A DNA stretch of 63,987 nt, the filler included, from Vezdaea acicularis (lineage: Eukaryota), in assembly GCA_026025075.1 (NCBI GenBank). It is 4 parts of 4 records of this genome, joined end to end, with 100 filler letters (N's around TTAATTAATTAA, not from the genome) between each part and the next. Parts side by side here need not be neighbours in the genome. Positions count along the whole stretch, not along the records: positions 19,482 to 38,687 come from JAPEUI010000203.1; positions 38,788 to 57,942 come from JAPEUI010000204.1; 2 more parts are not named here. One strand, written 5' to 3'. The notes under the pieces were generated by a model. It was not told the DNA's origin, ran no database searches, and saw only the letters and a list, made by a program, of their open reading frames with translations. Position 1 is the stretch's first letter; each line of letters starts with the position of its first letter. The translations under genes were made by a program, and so were the position numbers. Of this stretch, positions 37,451-48,635 are shown one piece after another.

Positions 37451-38687
37451 CTAACTATTGTTTCAACGGAGAGATCTGATCAGCTCGGTTTGAGTTCACT
37501 TACAACCTGCAACGGTCAAAGAGGCCGGCGTCAGCCATCGATTCAACGAGAGATCTGCTCAGCTTGGGTCGAGTTTACTTACAAACTGCAACGGTCAAAG
37601 AGGCCGGGGTCAGCCATCGATTCAACGAGAGATCTGCTCAGCTCGGGTTGAGTTCACTTACTTCCTACAACGGTCAAAGAGGCCGGGGTCAGCCATCGAT
37701 TCAACGGAGAGATCTGCTCAGCTCGGGTCAAGCTCACTTACTCTCTGCAACGATCAAAGAGGCCGGCGTCAGCCATCGATTCAATAGAGAGATCTGCTCA
37801 GCTCGGGTCGAGTTCACTTACATACTGCAACGGTCAAAGAAGCCGGGGTTAGCCATCAATTCAACAGAGAGATCTACTCAGAGAGATCGGCTCAGCTTGG
37901 GTCAAGTTCACTTACAACCTACAATGGTCAAAGAAGCCAGAGTCAGCCATCAATTCAACACAGAGATCTGCTCAGAGAGATCTGCTCAGCTCGGGTCGAG
38001 TTCACTTACAAACTGCAATAGCCAAAGATGCCGGCGTCAGCCATCGATTCAACGGAGAGATCTGCTCAGCTCGGGTCGAGTTCACTTACTTTCTGCAACG
38101 GTCAAAGAGGTCTGCGTCAGCCATCGATTCCACGCAGAGATCTGCTCAGCTCGAGTCGTGTTCACTTACTGGCTGCAACGGTCAAAGAGGCCGGGGTCAG
38201 CCATCGATTCAACGGAGAGATCTGCTCAGCTCGGGTCAAGCTCACTTACTTCCTACAACGGGCAAAAAGGCCGGGGTCAGCCATCGATTCAATGGAGAGA
38301 TCTGCTCAGCTCGGGTCGAGTTCACTTACAATCTGCAACGGTCAAAGAGGCCGGGGTCAGCCATCGATTCAACGAGAGATCTGCTCAGCTTGGGTCGAGT
38401 TTACTTACAAGCTGCAATGGTCAAAGAGGCCGGCGTCAGCCATCGACTCAACAGAGAGATCTGCTCAGCTCGGGTCGAGTTCACTTACTCTCTGCAACGG
38501 TCAAAGAGGCCGGCGTCAGCCATCAATTCAACAGAAAGATCCGCTCAGCTCGGGTCGAATTCACTTACTTCCTACAACGGGCAAAAAGGCCGGGGTCAGC
38601 CATCGATTCAATGGAGAGATCTGCTCAGCTCGGGTCGAGTTCACTTACAACCTGCAACGGTCAAAGAGGCCGGGGTCAGCCATCGAT
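37451..38687 (-). repeat. Tandem array of ~80-bp units, each a spliceosomal intron plus a 3-nt microexon (at least 15 units, truncated by contig end)
   Basis: Minus-strand unit GTAAGTgaactcgacccgagctgagcagatctctccgttgaatcgatgGCTGACgccggcctctttgaccgttgCAG-NNN. The triplets lie at 38649, 38569, 38489, 38409, 38330, 38250, 38170, 38090, 38010, 37916, 37822, 37742, 37662, 37583 and 37504 (lowest coordinate of each). Confidence 0.9.
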
Positions 38688-38787
38688 NNNNNNNNNNNNN
38701 NNNNNNNNNNNNNNNNNNNNNNNNNNNNNNNTTAATTAATTAANNNNNNNNNNNNNNNNNNNNNNNNNNNNNNNNNNNNNNNNNNNN
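38688..38787. other. Artificial contig linker
   Basis: N44-TTAATTAATTAA-N44. Confidence 0.98.
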
Positions 38788-40009
38788 CCCTAATCTTGTG
38801 CCCACGCCCACCCCCTCGCCCCTCCGCGCTGGGCGGACCCCTCTGGCACATCGCGCGCGCAGGCGCCGGGGTGGGCAACTGGCGCTCGCACTGGCGCGGG
38901 CTCTCGGCCTCATATCAAGACCTCACCATGCATGTGCTGGACCGTCTGGCGGGCGCGACCGCGCGCGATGACCGTGAACGAACATCCTCGTCGCTCCCCT
39001 CTCGTCTCCTCCCCTCTCTTCTCCTCTTTTCCTCTCGGCGCGCCGTGCGGCGTCGTGCTCTCCTGTGCTTCTGCTTCTGCTTCTGCTGCTGCCTCGGCGC
39101 TGCTTGGCCGTGCAGCCGCGCTCCCTATCTTCCTGTTGTCAGTTCCACCACTCTCCCTCTGTCTCGATCTCTATCTTTCGTCGACGTGCTTCGCGCCGAA
39201 GCCAGACGCCCGCATTCTGCTTCCCCTCGTTCTCTTTCCCATCCCCCTCATCATCGCGTGTTACTGGACGCTGCCGTCATGGGCACGACATCGACTCCAC
39301 GTCCACCCCCATCCGCCGCCGGACTCACCACACGGCCGTCCGGGCGGTCCTAGATCCTGCGGGCGGCGCCTGGGGGCCCTGGCTGGCTCCTGCATCTGCC
39401 TCGCCCTCGCCCAACAAACTTAAGCCTTCCCCCCTCCCGCGCACTTTCACTTCTAGACGCGCCACTCGCTCTTTAGACGCTTCGCCGGCCTCGCACTCCA
39501 TCACTCTCTCTCGCTCCCCTCGTGTTATGAGCTGGCCAGGGCAGCAGCCATTGAGCCTATTTCTGTCGGCCCCTCCCCTGCCCATCAGCCTCTCACGATC
39601 CTTCCTACTCGCCCTGTCGGCCCTGTCACGCCTGTCAAGCCCAGTAGTCGAGCCGGTCGAGCCACACCCAGACCGCTGGCGCTGTCTTTTTCTATCTTCC
39701 TCTCCCCCCCTCCCCATCTTCTTCTTCTGCTCGGTCACCACCTCGTCGGCCGGCACTTGATACGAAGTCCTGTCGAGACCACACTCGTTCGCTTTCTGCG
39801 CCGTGATGTTTGCTGCTCGAGTCACTCTTTCCTAGCTTTGCAGCTAAGCTACACCTCGGATAATCCCCCATTACAACCCAATCCCTAATTCCAACGTAAT
39901 TGTGGATCGGTTGTCCAAGCGGCCGCACCAGACGTGAGCGCAGGGCCCTCCGGCGACAATCGTTTCTTCCATCCTATTCTAATCGGAGACCAATTGACGG
40001 TGGTTCGTG

Positions 40010-42360
40010 ATGGATTTCGTACACTATCGCGCCCCAAATCAGCGGGACGAACCCTCGAAGCCCTCGACTGACGGCAAGGCGACATCAGACTCGAGGCTGG
40101 TCAAGGAGACCACCACCTTGACCGGCGATGCCTCCAATGGCCAGGCAATGACGAGCAAGGTGCTCAAGAGCCCGACGGCGACCGTGACGGAAGTCAATGA
40201 AGACCCCGAGACGTCGACAAGGCCACGCTTGACGCGGGAGCAGGCCGACCTGTTTGAGCAGCATTTCCAACGACACTATAAACCCAATAGTAATATGAAA
40301 CGGCAATTGGCAGACATGACGGGCTTGCCTCTGCAACGGGTTGCAGTAAGTCTATTGAACATGGTCTCCTGTCGAGGCGATCCGGGACTAACATGAACCC
40401 CCCCCAGAATTGGTTCCAGAATAGGAGAGCGAAAGCGAAGCAACAGAAGAAGCAAGAAGAGTACGAACTCCAACAGAACTTGGAGTCCGCCGGACGACAT
40501 CAGTTCGGTCAACCGTCACAATCCGATTTTCTTCATTTAGCCGAGTTCTACGCACCTGACATGGAACAACATCTCCAGAATCCCTTGGCGGATTCCGTGA
40601 CCATCGACAACCCCAACATGATGGACCAGTCTTTTCCCCCTCCAGCATACGATCCTCAGGCGGCCAGTTACGCATCCTTGGACGCCTCCCTCGCCCTGGC
40701 GAACGACCCTCTCTCACATGGCGGATTTGACGGCCTGCCGTTGTCCGTCCATGGCACTCCTTCGCGAGAAATGAACGGCTTCTTTCCTTATGGCGTTGAC
40801 GCTCAGCCCGTGGATACGTCCAACTTCTCCGCATCGCACTTCTCGGACTGGGGCAGCAGTCGCCAGTCCTCCGTCGCATGGAACACGCCCGCTCAGCAGA
40901 TATCCAACCCCTTCGACGCTCCTCAGCTGTATCGGGATCTGACCAATGAGGCGGCGGGAATCAATCTACCACAATCGGATATGCACCCATCGATGCAGTC
41001 CGGCAATCACGAGATTTTCCCAGCGACTTCCGGTAGTGTCGAAGCGAGCGACTTTAGGAATCCGTTCGTGGCCAGGTTCCCGTCCGAACTGGTCCATGAT
41101 CAGCAGCCGCATATGCAACCCTCGCATGATCAGCAGCAGCAGCAACAATACCAGCATCGTCATCAACAGCAGCAGCAGCAGTTGGACCAATTCCAGTCTC
41201 CGCGCGAGCTTGGGCAACGCCCATTCGATACAAACACCACCTCCACTTCCCGGAGTGACTCGTCTACCGACTTGACCAACGCGATGAGCAACGTGGACGT
41301 CCAGACGGAAGTCAAGGCAGAGCCCGTCTTCAAGCAACCGGCTCCACCGGCAGTCAACATCGCGGCACGACGAAAACGACCGCGGCCGGCGGCCATTCAA
41401 GGTGCTGCACTACGGAGTCAGTCGTACATGGGTCCGATGCCAATCTCTCCGAACGCCAAGAGTGCATTGCTCGGACCAACGTCTCCTATGCGGCGCATCA
41501 AGTCCGCAGGCAACAATCTCCGAGGCAGAATACAGAAGAGCGTTTCCGGATCGGCTCAGCGTTCGCCATTGAACTTTGAAACGTTCGCCGAGGCTGGCGC
41601 GTTCGACGAGTACAGGAAAACACCGAGCATCAGCGGTTCGCAGATGGCCTCTGCACAGCCAATGACCGGTAACCTCGCGCCGCCCACTCCCCTCTCGCCA
41701 CCGGAGATGGAGCACCTCCAGTCTGAAGGCCAGAGCAGCTCCAGTGATATCGAGCAGGCGTTCACCTACCAGCCCGACTATCCTGGCTACTTCATCCCTA
41801 GCACTGGGGAGATGCAGGGTAACGTCGGCACGCCGCCCATGACGCCTGCCCTCCACCACGGCCTTCAGACCGGTGGATATCACAACTTTATGCTGATCCA
41901 GCACTCTCCCAGCATCTCTGGGAGCACACAATGGGGGTTAAACTCCGCCGATGAGCCCATCATCTCTCCTCAATTCGGCACGTTCCAATCGAATGTATGC
42001 ATGCCTCAGCAGCCCCTCCACGCCTCGCCCGTCACCATCAGCGAGCCAGATATTGCTAACCAGCTGCAATACGTCCACTTCATGCCCGAGGATAATCATA
42101 ATAACAACACCACCGGCCCGAGCTCCTTTGAGAACTCGACCTCCAGCATGGTCAGCAGCAGCAGCAATGCCAGCAGCACCATCACCAGTACCGGAACGAG
42201 CAACACCAACAACCCTCCGCCCGCCCCCAAGATCGTCCCCGAGTACTTCTTCCACGAACCCCTCCCCGAGCACCAAGCGCCCCTGCCACAGACGCAGCAC
42301 CTCACCCAGCCCAAACCACGCAACTACATTTTCGCGAACCAAGGTCCGGAGGATTTCTAA
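40010..42360 (+). CDS. hbxA: Homeobox transcription factor, HbxA/Htf1-like
   Basis: Homeodomain TRPRLTREQADLFEQHFQRHYKPNSNMKRQLADMTGLPLQRVA|NWFQNRRAKAKQQKK across intron 40346-40407. Downstream motifs IAARRKRPRPAA, MRRIKS, QRSP and LAPPTPLSP; poly-Q tract. Confidence 0.88.
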
Positions 42361-43153
42361 TGACGGCATCGTTCCCCGCGCACGCTGTTTTTTTGCTTTT
42401 AACTGTAACACTAAAACCCCTTTTCTCTGGGCCGGTCTCCTATGCAGCTTATAGACTGTTCTTAGGGCGAATGTTTGCCTTTTTCACACCAATCTTAATT
42501 TCTGACGTGCGCACGGCGTCCATTGCGACAGCCCTAACCAACACCGTCACAACCCCTTCACAAAACACCGCTGGAGGCTCTTAATTTCCTATCCTAAGTC
42601 TCCTTCATGTCCATCATATATACCCTTCTTCATTCCGGGGCCATCCACGCGTTTCTTGGTGGACACGGCCCCACTTTTTCTAGGATTTACCGGGGTGTAC
42701 ATCTGGATTTGGCTTGCCTTGGCTGTACGGCATTCTCTCATTCTTCTCTTTCTTTGTTAGTCTCTTCGTGGGCAAATCAACCAAGCACGCAAGCGCAGTA
42801 TAGGGATCGGGGGGATATCTTGGGATCTCGGTGATGCTCCTTAATGATGGGTGTAATTTATCTGGGCTTGCAAGGCCATGTGAGAATGCAAACGATAGCG
42901 AGGTCAGAATGTAACTGCTTTCAGGCAAAGATTTTCTCTCGATGATGTGATGTGCTGTAAATGGACTTGTCGCCTGATGAAAAGAGTAAATGGGATACAG
43001 GGCTCCCTTAGGCAGTTGTGTCCCCCTGCTGCAATGTCAATAGGAACGGCGCCTTTCGCTCCAGTAAAAATCAATAGTATTTAAGGGACATTAACAAAAA
43101 AGATTGGCGTACGCAAGAAAATGAATGGAGATATGTTATATCCAGATTTTTCT

Positions 43154-43225
43154 TAGCAACACCTGGTTTCGATCCAGGGTCCTCCGGGTTATGAGCCCGG
43201 CGCGCTTCCGCTGCGCCATGTTGCT
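43154..43225 (-). tRNA. tRNA-iMet (CAT), initiator
   Basis: AGCAACATGGCGCAGCGGAAGCGCGCCGGGCTCATAACCCGGAGGACCCTGGATCGAAACCAGGTGTTGCTA: A1-U72 pair, G-C run in the anticodon stem, eukaryotic initiator T-loop GATCGAAA. Confidence 0.96.
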
Positions 43226-43471
43226 GGAAGATACATTTTCTTCGCTAAAAAAAGATATAAACCGCAACGCCTACCAAACATCACCCCACTACCCCGGTCC
43301 AATATGCGTACTGGGATGCTCTTCCCATGGTAACAAATACGACCCCATTTCAATATCCTCCGCATCAATTGCATAGCGCCACATGGGATACCGTCCCGTC
43401 CGACGCGGTGTAACCCTACGCAATCCTTCCTTTCCCCCCCGCAGTCTGGAATCCTACAATCTCGACGCAGC

Positions 43472-45193
43472 ATGGCCAAGCCATCTCTCACCATCCGGAA
43501 CCTCACCCCTCACCCGCTCCACCTGACGCTGGTAGAACGCTACCTCGATCCCAAAGGAAGCGCGATAAACGGCACTGCATACGCAACGGGCTCTGCCAAA
43601 GGCCCGCTGGGCAGCCTTACCGGCCTCACCTCGTCCTTCAGCTCGCTCCTCCCGTCCGCCTCGTCCTCCCAAAACAGCGGTAGCCCCACGGCCCCCCAGC
43701 TTACCTCGCACGCCCAGAGCTTCACCCGCCACGAGGTCGCGTACGACATCCCCCCCTATACCACCCTCCCGACGGACCTCTTCCCCGCCATCCACGCCTC
43801 CGTCGAGTCCCCGCAACTCCTCCGCCTGACATTCACCCACGCCAACCACGAGCGGCACCGCGTCGACCTGCCCTCCGCCCGCAAACACTCCGGGCCCCTG
43901 ACGCCGCTGACCCCGACCCCGCGTCACGCCCTCTACTGCATCTTCCACCCCTCCGCCTCCCACCTGACCCTCCTCCCCGCCGCCCCTCTCTCGTCATGGA
44001 TGTCCGCCCTCCACCCCTCCACCCCGCTCTCTGCCCTCTCCATCCCCGGCACCCACAACTCCCCCACCGCCTACCCCGCCCTCCCCTCCGTCCGATGCCA
44101 ATCCGTCCCCATCCCTAACCAGCTCGAACAAGGCATCCGCTTCCTCGACATCCGCGTCCATCTCGCGTCCACCTCCCCCACAGCAAACTCTCCCCCACCG
44201 CTCACCCTCGTACACGGCGCCTTCCCCATCAGCCTCCGCGGAACGCATCACCTCCTCCCCCTCCTCCACCAAATCACCACGTTCCTCGACACACACCCCA
44301 CCGAAACCGTCCTGCTGAGCCTCAAACTCGAAGGCACGACCACCACGCCATCCCCCTCCTCTCCCGCCTCCTCCATCCTCTCCACAATCCTCCACAAGCA
44401 CTACACAACCGACCCCACAAAATGGTACACTCTTCCGCACATCCCCTCTCTCGCCGAATGTGCCCGCCGCATCGTCCTCATCCGCCGCTTCGCCCTGGCC
44501 CCCCACCTCGTCGATGAAGGCTACGGCATCGACGCTGAGGATTGGCCCTATAACGCTGCTCACGCCTTGACTTCCTCTGGCGCCTGCTCGGTCCAGGATG
44601 TCTGCGACCTCGCCCATCCTGCTGCCTGGGCGGACAAAGCTGTGTTCGTCAAAGAGCACCTTACGCGCGCGGCCGCGACCAGCGGAGAGGAAATCGCGCC
44701 GCCGCCGCCGCCGGACGGGCCGCGCGTGGGAGTGCCGCTACACCTGAACTTCCTCAGCGCGGCCAACTTCTGGCGGAGGGGCTGCTGGCCGGAGAGGGTG
44801 GCGCGGAGGCTTAATCCCGCTGTGGTGGAGTTTTTGTGCGTGAGCCATGGGAGTGAGCGGCTTGATCCCGAGTCTGGACACGAACCAGAACTGGAGCAAA
44901 AGTCACAGCCAGCGCATCGGCAAGGGGAGCAGCAGGGGGAGCTGGAGCAGCAGGAGGAGGAAGAGAGCAGGAAGAATCAAGAGTCCAAAGAGGGAGTCAC
45001 CACGAAAGAGGGAACCATATGGAAAGACAAGCCAGCAGCAACTCCAACCGGCATTCTCGTCTGCGACTGGCTAGGCGAAGGCGGCGACTGGGATCTCGTC
45101 CGTTGCGTCGTCGGTATGAATCGCTTCCGCCCCGGGGGATTGACCGCAACTTCGGAAGTCGATATGAATATGAATATAAATATAGAGGAGTAG
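43472..45193 (+). CDS. Phosphatidylinositol-specific phospholipase C (PI-PLC X domain, bacterial-type fold)
   Basis: SWMSAL...LSALSIPGTHNS, VRCQ, QLEQGIRFLDIRV, LVHGAFP, FLDTHPTETVLLSLK, GILVCDW. Confidence 0.9.
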   Translation: MAKPSLTIRNLTPHPLHLTLVERYLDPKGSAINGTAYATGSAKGPLGSLTGLTSSFSSLLPSASSSQNSGSPTAPQLTSHAQSFTRHEVAYDIPPYTTLPTDLFPAIHASVESPQLLRLTFTHANHERHRVDLPSARKHSGPLTPLTPTPRHALYCIFHPSASHLTLLPAAPLSSWMSALHPSTPLSALSIPGTHNSPTAYPALPSVRCQSVPIPNQLEQGIRFLDIRVHLASTSPTANSPPPLTLVHGAFPISLRGTHHLLPLLHQITTFLDTHPTETVLLSLKLEGTTTTPSPSSPASSILSTILHKHYTTDPTKWYTLPHIPSLAECARRIVLIRRFALAPHLVDEGYGIDAEDWPYNAAHALTSSGACSVQDVCDLAHPAAWADKAVFVKEHLTRAAATSGEEIAPPPPPDGPRVGVPLHLNFLSAANFWRRGCWPERVARRLNPAVVEFLCVSHGSERLDPESGHEPELEQKSQPAHRQGEQQGELEQQEEEESRKNQESKEGVTTKEGTIWKDKPAATPTGILVCDWLGEGGDWDLVRCVVGMNRFRPGGLTATSEVDMNMNINIEE

Positions 45194-45464
45194 AACGTAA
45201 GCGCGGAGATGGCTTTTTGGGCGGTAGGACAAACCCCCGCGGGGATCTCAAGGGTAGGGGTTGTGTGAATATATATAGACTCGAGAATAGAGTAGATGGT
45301 AGAGAATAGAAGGTTGCTTGATACACCCCGAGAGCGTCAGGGATGGGAGTATGTCTCCATTGCTTGAGGATTGAGGAGAGAATGTTTGATTGATTATGGC
45401 ATTGCCGATAGTAGCGATGCGCTATGGTGGAGGAGAGGTGGTTGGACTAGAGTATACAAGAGGA

Positions 45465-45494
45465 GAAGAGAGAGACAGAGAGAGAGAGAGAGAG
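45465..45494 (+). repeat. (GA)n microsatellite
   Basis: gaagagagagacagagagagagagagagag. Confidence 0.85.
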
Positions 45495-45806
45495 TAGAAA
45501 TGGATGCCCCTGAAGCATATATGGGAGTGGTGAAAAACAGACCCCCAAACCCCCCCCTTTTCCCGGCCGGACTTGATGAGGAATGTGTGGAATGATATAA
45601 AGAAAGGGATGATCGGAGTAGTGAGATAAACCCCCTCCTTTCCCTGCACAAAAACCAAACGACGCGCGAAACGATCCAAAAACAAAGCTCCCATTAGAGT
45701 GGTGAGGTTCCCACCCTCCCTTTACCTGCCCAAGACCGAAATGACACGAAGACAAGGTTAGATAGACCAGCAGCGCCACCTCCTAAGCACACAGCCGCGC
45801 AGCCAC

Positions 45807-47509
45807 TCACCCCCTCTCCAACTCGACCTTACACCCATCCTTCGCACTCATCACGAGCGCCAGCGCCTGCCTCTCCTCCCCGACCTTCGGCACCTGCACG
45901 CCCTCCGGCCACTTCACGCTCTTAAACTCCATGAGGAGCCTCGCAAGCGTATAGCTCGCCTCCAACACCGCCAGCTCTTGCCCGAGACAGACTCTAGGAC
46001 CCGCATTGAAGGGGATATAGGACTTACTGAGGCCGGGAACGCCGGCGAGGGCGTCCCAGCGCTCGGGGCGGAAGGCGTCGGCGTCGGGCCCGAAGAGGTC
46101 TTGGCGGCGGTGCATGGCGTAGGGGACGTATCCGACGATCTCGCCGCGGCGGACGGCCATGGGGGCGGAGCCGTCGTCGCCGCCGCCGCGGGGGAGGGTG
46201 GTGTCGATGACGGCGGTGCGGGAGTTGGCGGGGACTGGCGGCCAGAGGCGCATCGTTTCCTTGAGGACGTTGTGCAGGTAGGGCAGGTGCTTGGGGGTGA
46301 GGGCGTCGCGGGTGAGAAGGGTGGGGTCGGTGCCGAGGGTGGAGCGGACTTCGGAGAGGAGGCGGGCGAAGACGGGGGGGTGCGAGGCGAGGGCGCGGAA
46401 GGTCCAGCTGAGCAGGCAGGCGGTGGTGTCACGGCCGGCGAGCAGGACGTGCAGGAGTTGGGAGCGGAGCGCGATGGGGTCGCGCGTGTCGTGGATGAGG
46501 TCGGCGAGGAGGTTCGTCGGGTCTCGGTCGTCGTCGTGTTTGGAGGCCTCGGCAGCGGCGGATTCTGGGGGGGTGGCAGCAAGCGCTTTGGCGACCATGA
46601 TGTCGACGAACTCGTGAACTTGGCGGCAAGCGCGCAGGAGGCGTCCTCGCCCTGTCAGAGCACCGATCGTGCGTGTCAGGACGCCGTCATGGAGGTAGAA
46701 CTGGGCGTTGTTGAAGGCCTCGCTGAATCCTTTCTCTGCCCCGTCGGTCCCTTGGAGGCTGTTGAAGTCGCCGCCGAAGAGGACGGTGCAAGTAACGTCG
46801 AGGGTGAAGTTGTAGAAGAGGGGTTGCAGGTCGACCACCTCGGCGTTTGGGATGCAGCGTAGGAGGCGTTCGGCCTGTAGGCGGATGGGAGCGAGGTTTT
46901 CGAGGCGGCGGCGGGAGAACTGAGGGCGCAGCAGGGCGCGAGAGTGCTTCCATGCTGTGCCGTCTTGGGTGAAGATGCCAGGGCCCAGTAAGATGCCTAG
47001 TTCGGCTTCGCGGTGGCCAAGACAGAATTCTGCGAGTTGTTAATATTATGGGATAGAGGCTGGAAGGAGGCAATGTGCTAAGCACCTTCGAACTGCGAGT
47101 TCAGTATAGCGTCGACGTTTGCGGGATCGATCGTGGTGAAGGTACGGAACCAGAAGACGCGGCTTTCGTACGTATCGCCCCTCTCCTTGATGGCATCGCA
47201 AATAAGCGCGAGAAGGCGATCTTCTTTGAAAGCCTTTCTGACCGCGAGCAGCGCGCTTGGCGCAAAGGCTTGAAGCGGCTTACCCTTAAGGGGTTGAGGG
47301 GGGGGGCGCCCATGTGGGGGTACGAATGGTGCAGACCGCGTTGAGATCCATTGGAAAATGTTGAACGGATGTTTTGACTTGAAGAACCCGAAATTATAGA
47401 GAAAGAAGGAAGAAAAGGAGAGGATGATGGCGTAGAGTGAGTACGACCACGAGAATTCAAGATGCGCGACACGCTCGGAGAAGCTTGTGAGAAAGGAAAA
47501 GGAAGACAT
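45807..47509 (-). CDS. Cytochrome P450, CYP52-clan (alkane/fatty-acid hydroxylase-like)
   Basis: TIDPANVDAIL, LLGPGIFTQDGTAWKHSRALLRPQF, LLAGRDTTA, KETMRL, FRPERW, heme motif FNAGPRVCLG; intron 47085-47030. Confidence 0.93.
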
Positions 47510-48635
47510 TTCAACTAGGAACTAGGAAATCACGCGGGGGAGAGGTGGCATATAGATCGAGCTTCTGCAGTTCTAAAACCCGAGAGCGGGTGTCTACCAA
47601 CGAGTAACTTTGGAGGAAAACATCTGGCAAGAAAAAATAGGGTGAGACTTGCTATTTGGTCGATTTGAGGTGCTGTTGCCTGGCGAGTTACGCGGAGGTC
47701 CACGCAGAGGTCCGCGCCATTTATGAAGCTATCAGACAAGGATAGGTGACACATCGCGGGAAACGCTAGACCGTCGCTTCCGGATATTCAAAAAGCAATC
47801 AGCTTCGGATACGCCACGGCAGTAAGCTGCACTTGAAGAGCTCATAGGCCAGAGCGGATTCAGCCTTGGAGCCTTACAAGTCCGAGAACGAGATCCGCAT
47901 CGCCAAGTATATACACAGGCGGCCGCCGGGGCGTAATACGATATGAATTCTTGTCCTCAGGCCTGCTAAGCTTAACTCGTGAATCTCCAAGATCAGCTTA
48001 GTATTTAGCCTTTGCTCGGTTCGACGGGGAGTGGCTGCTCAGCCTGCGTAATCTATCAAACCTAAAGTACGTCCGTCCAGAAGGTTACTGTGATGTCCGA
48101 TGTAAAGACCAGGAGTAGTCTTCTCAAAGCGTTGCTCGGTCAATGACTAGCGAATGCTCTTTTTTGCCATGATAGCCGCCCTCGTCTCGAGCGCCCTCCA
48201 TACGTTGCTCATCAAAGGGGACACAGGCATAGATACTGGCCCGACAGGAACTATCATGTAAATTCGTGAAAAAAAACCCGTCCGTATACGGTTCTCCACT
48301 GCAATTTACAAATTACTGCCTTCCTACTATTTGCTCCTCTGATCCAGTAGTATCATCGTACTTGAGCCGCGGTAGTTCGCGATGAGTCTTCATCGCGGGT
48401 CTATTTTCGGTCTAGCCTCGGGAATCCTCAGGTCATGCACGAAAATTCCTAATCCGGTAGAGGGAACTATTGGATCGGGCTGGACCACGACTCCCTGAGA
48501 AGGATGCCCGGCCTTCTGAGTCCACTATACAACTCTTTTCATTGTCAATGACGCTCATTTCTTTAGTCGAGGGGAATTTTGCTACAGCGCGACAAATATC
48601 TCTTATCTTAATCACGTTCGTCTGGTGCTAAATTA

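Noticed and set aside
37462..38687. CRISPR array or plus-strand repeat protein (ORFs 37564-38739, 38028-38735, 38390-38743)
   Set aside because: The variable part is only 3 nt, there are no cas genes and the context is eukaryotic. Units of 79, 80 and 94 bp cycle through frames, so the plus-strand ORFs are by-products.
38788..40000. ORFs upstream of the homeobox gene
   Set aside because: Pyrimidine-rich leader sequence with no domain signal.
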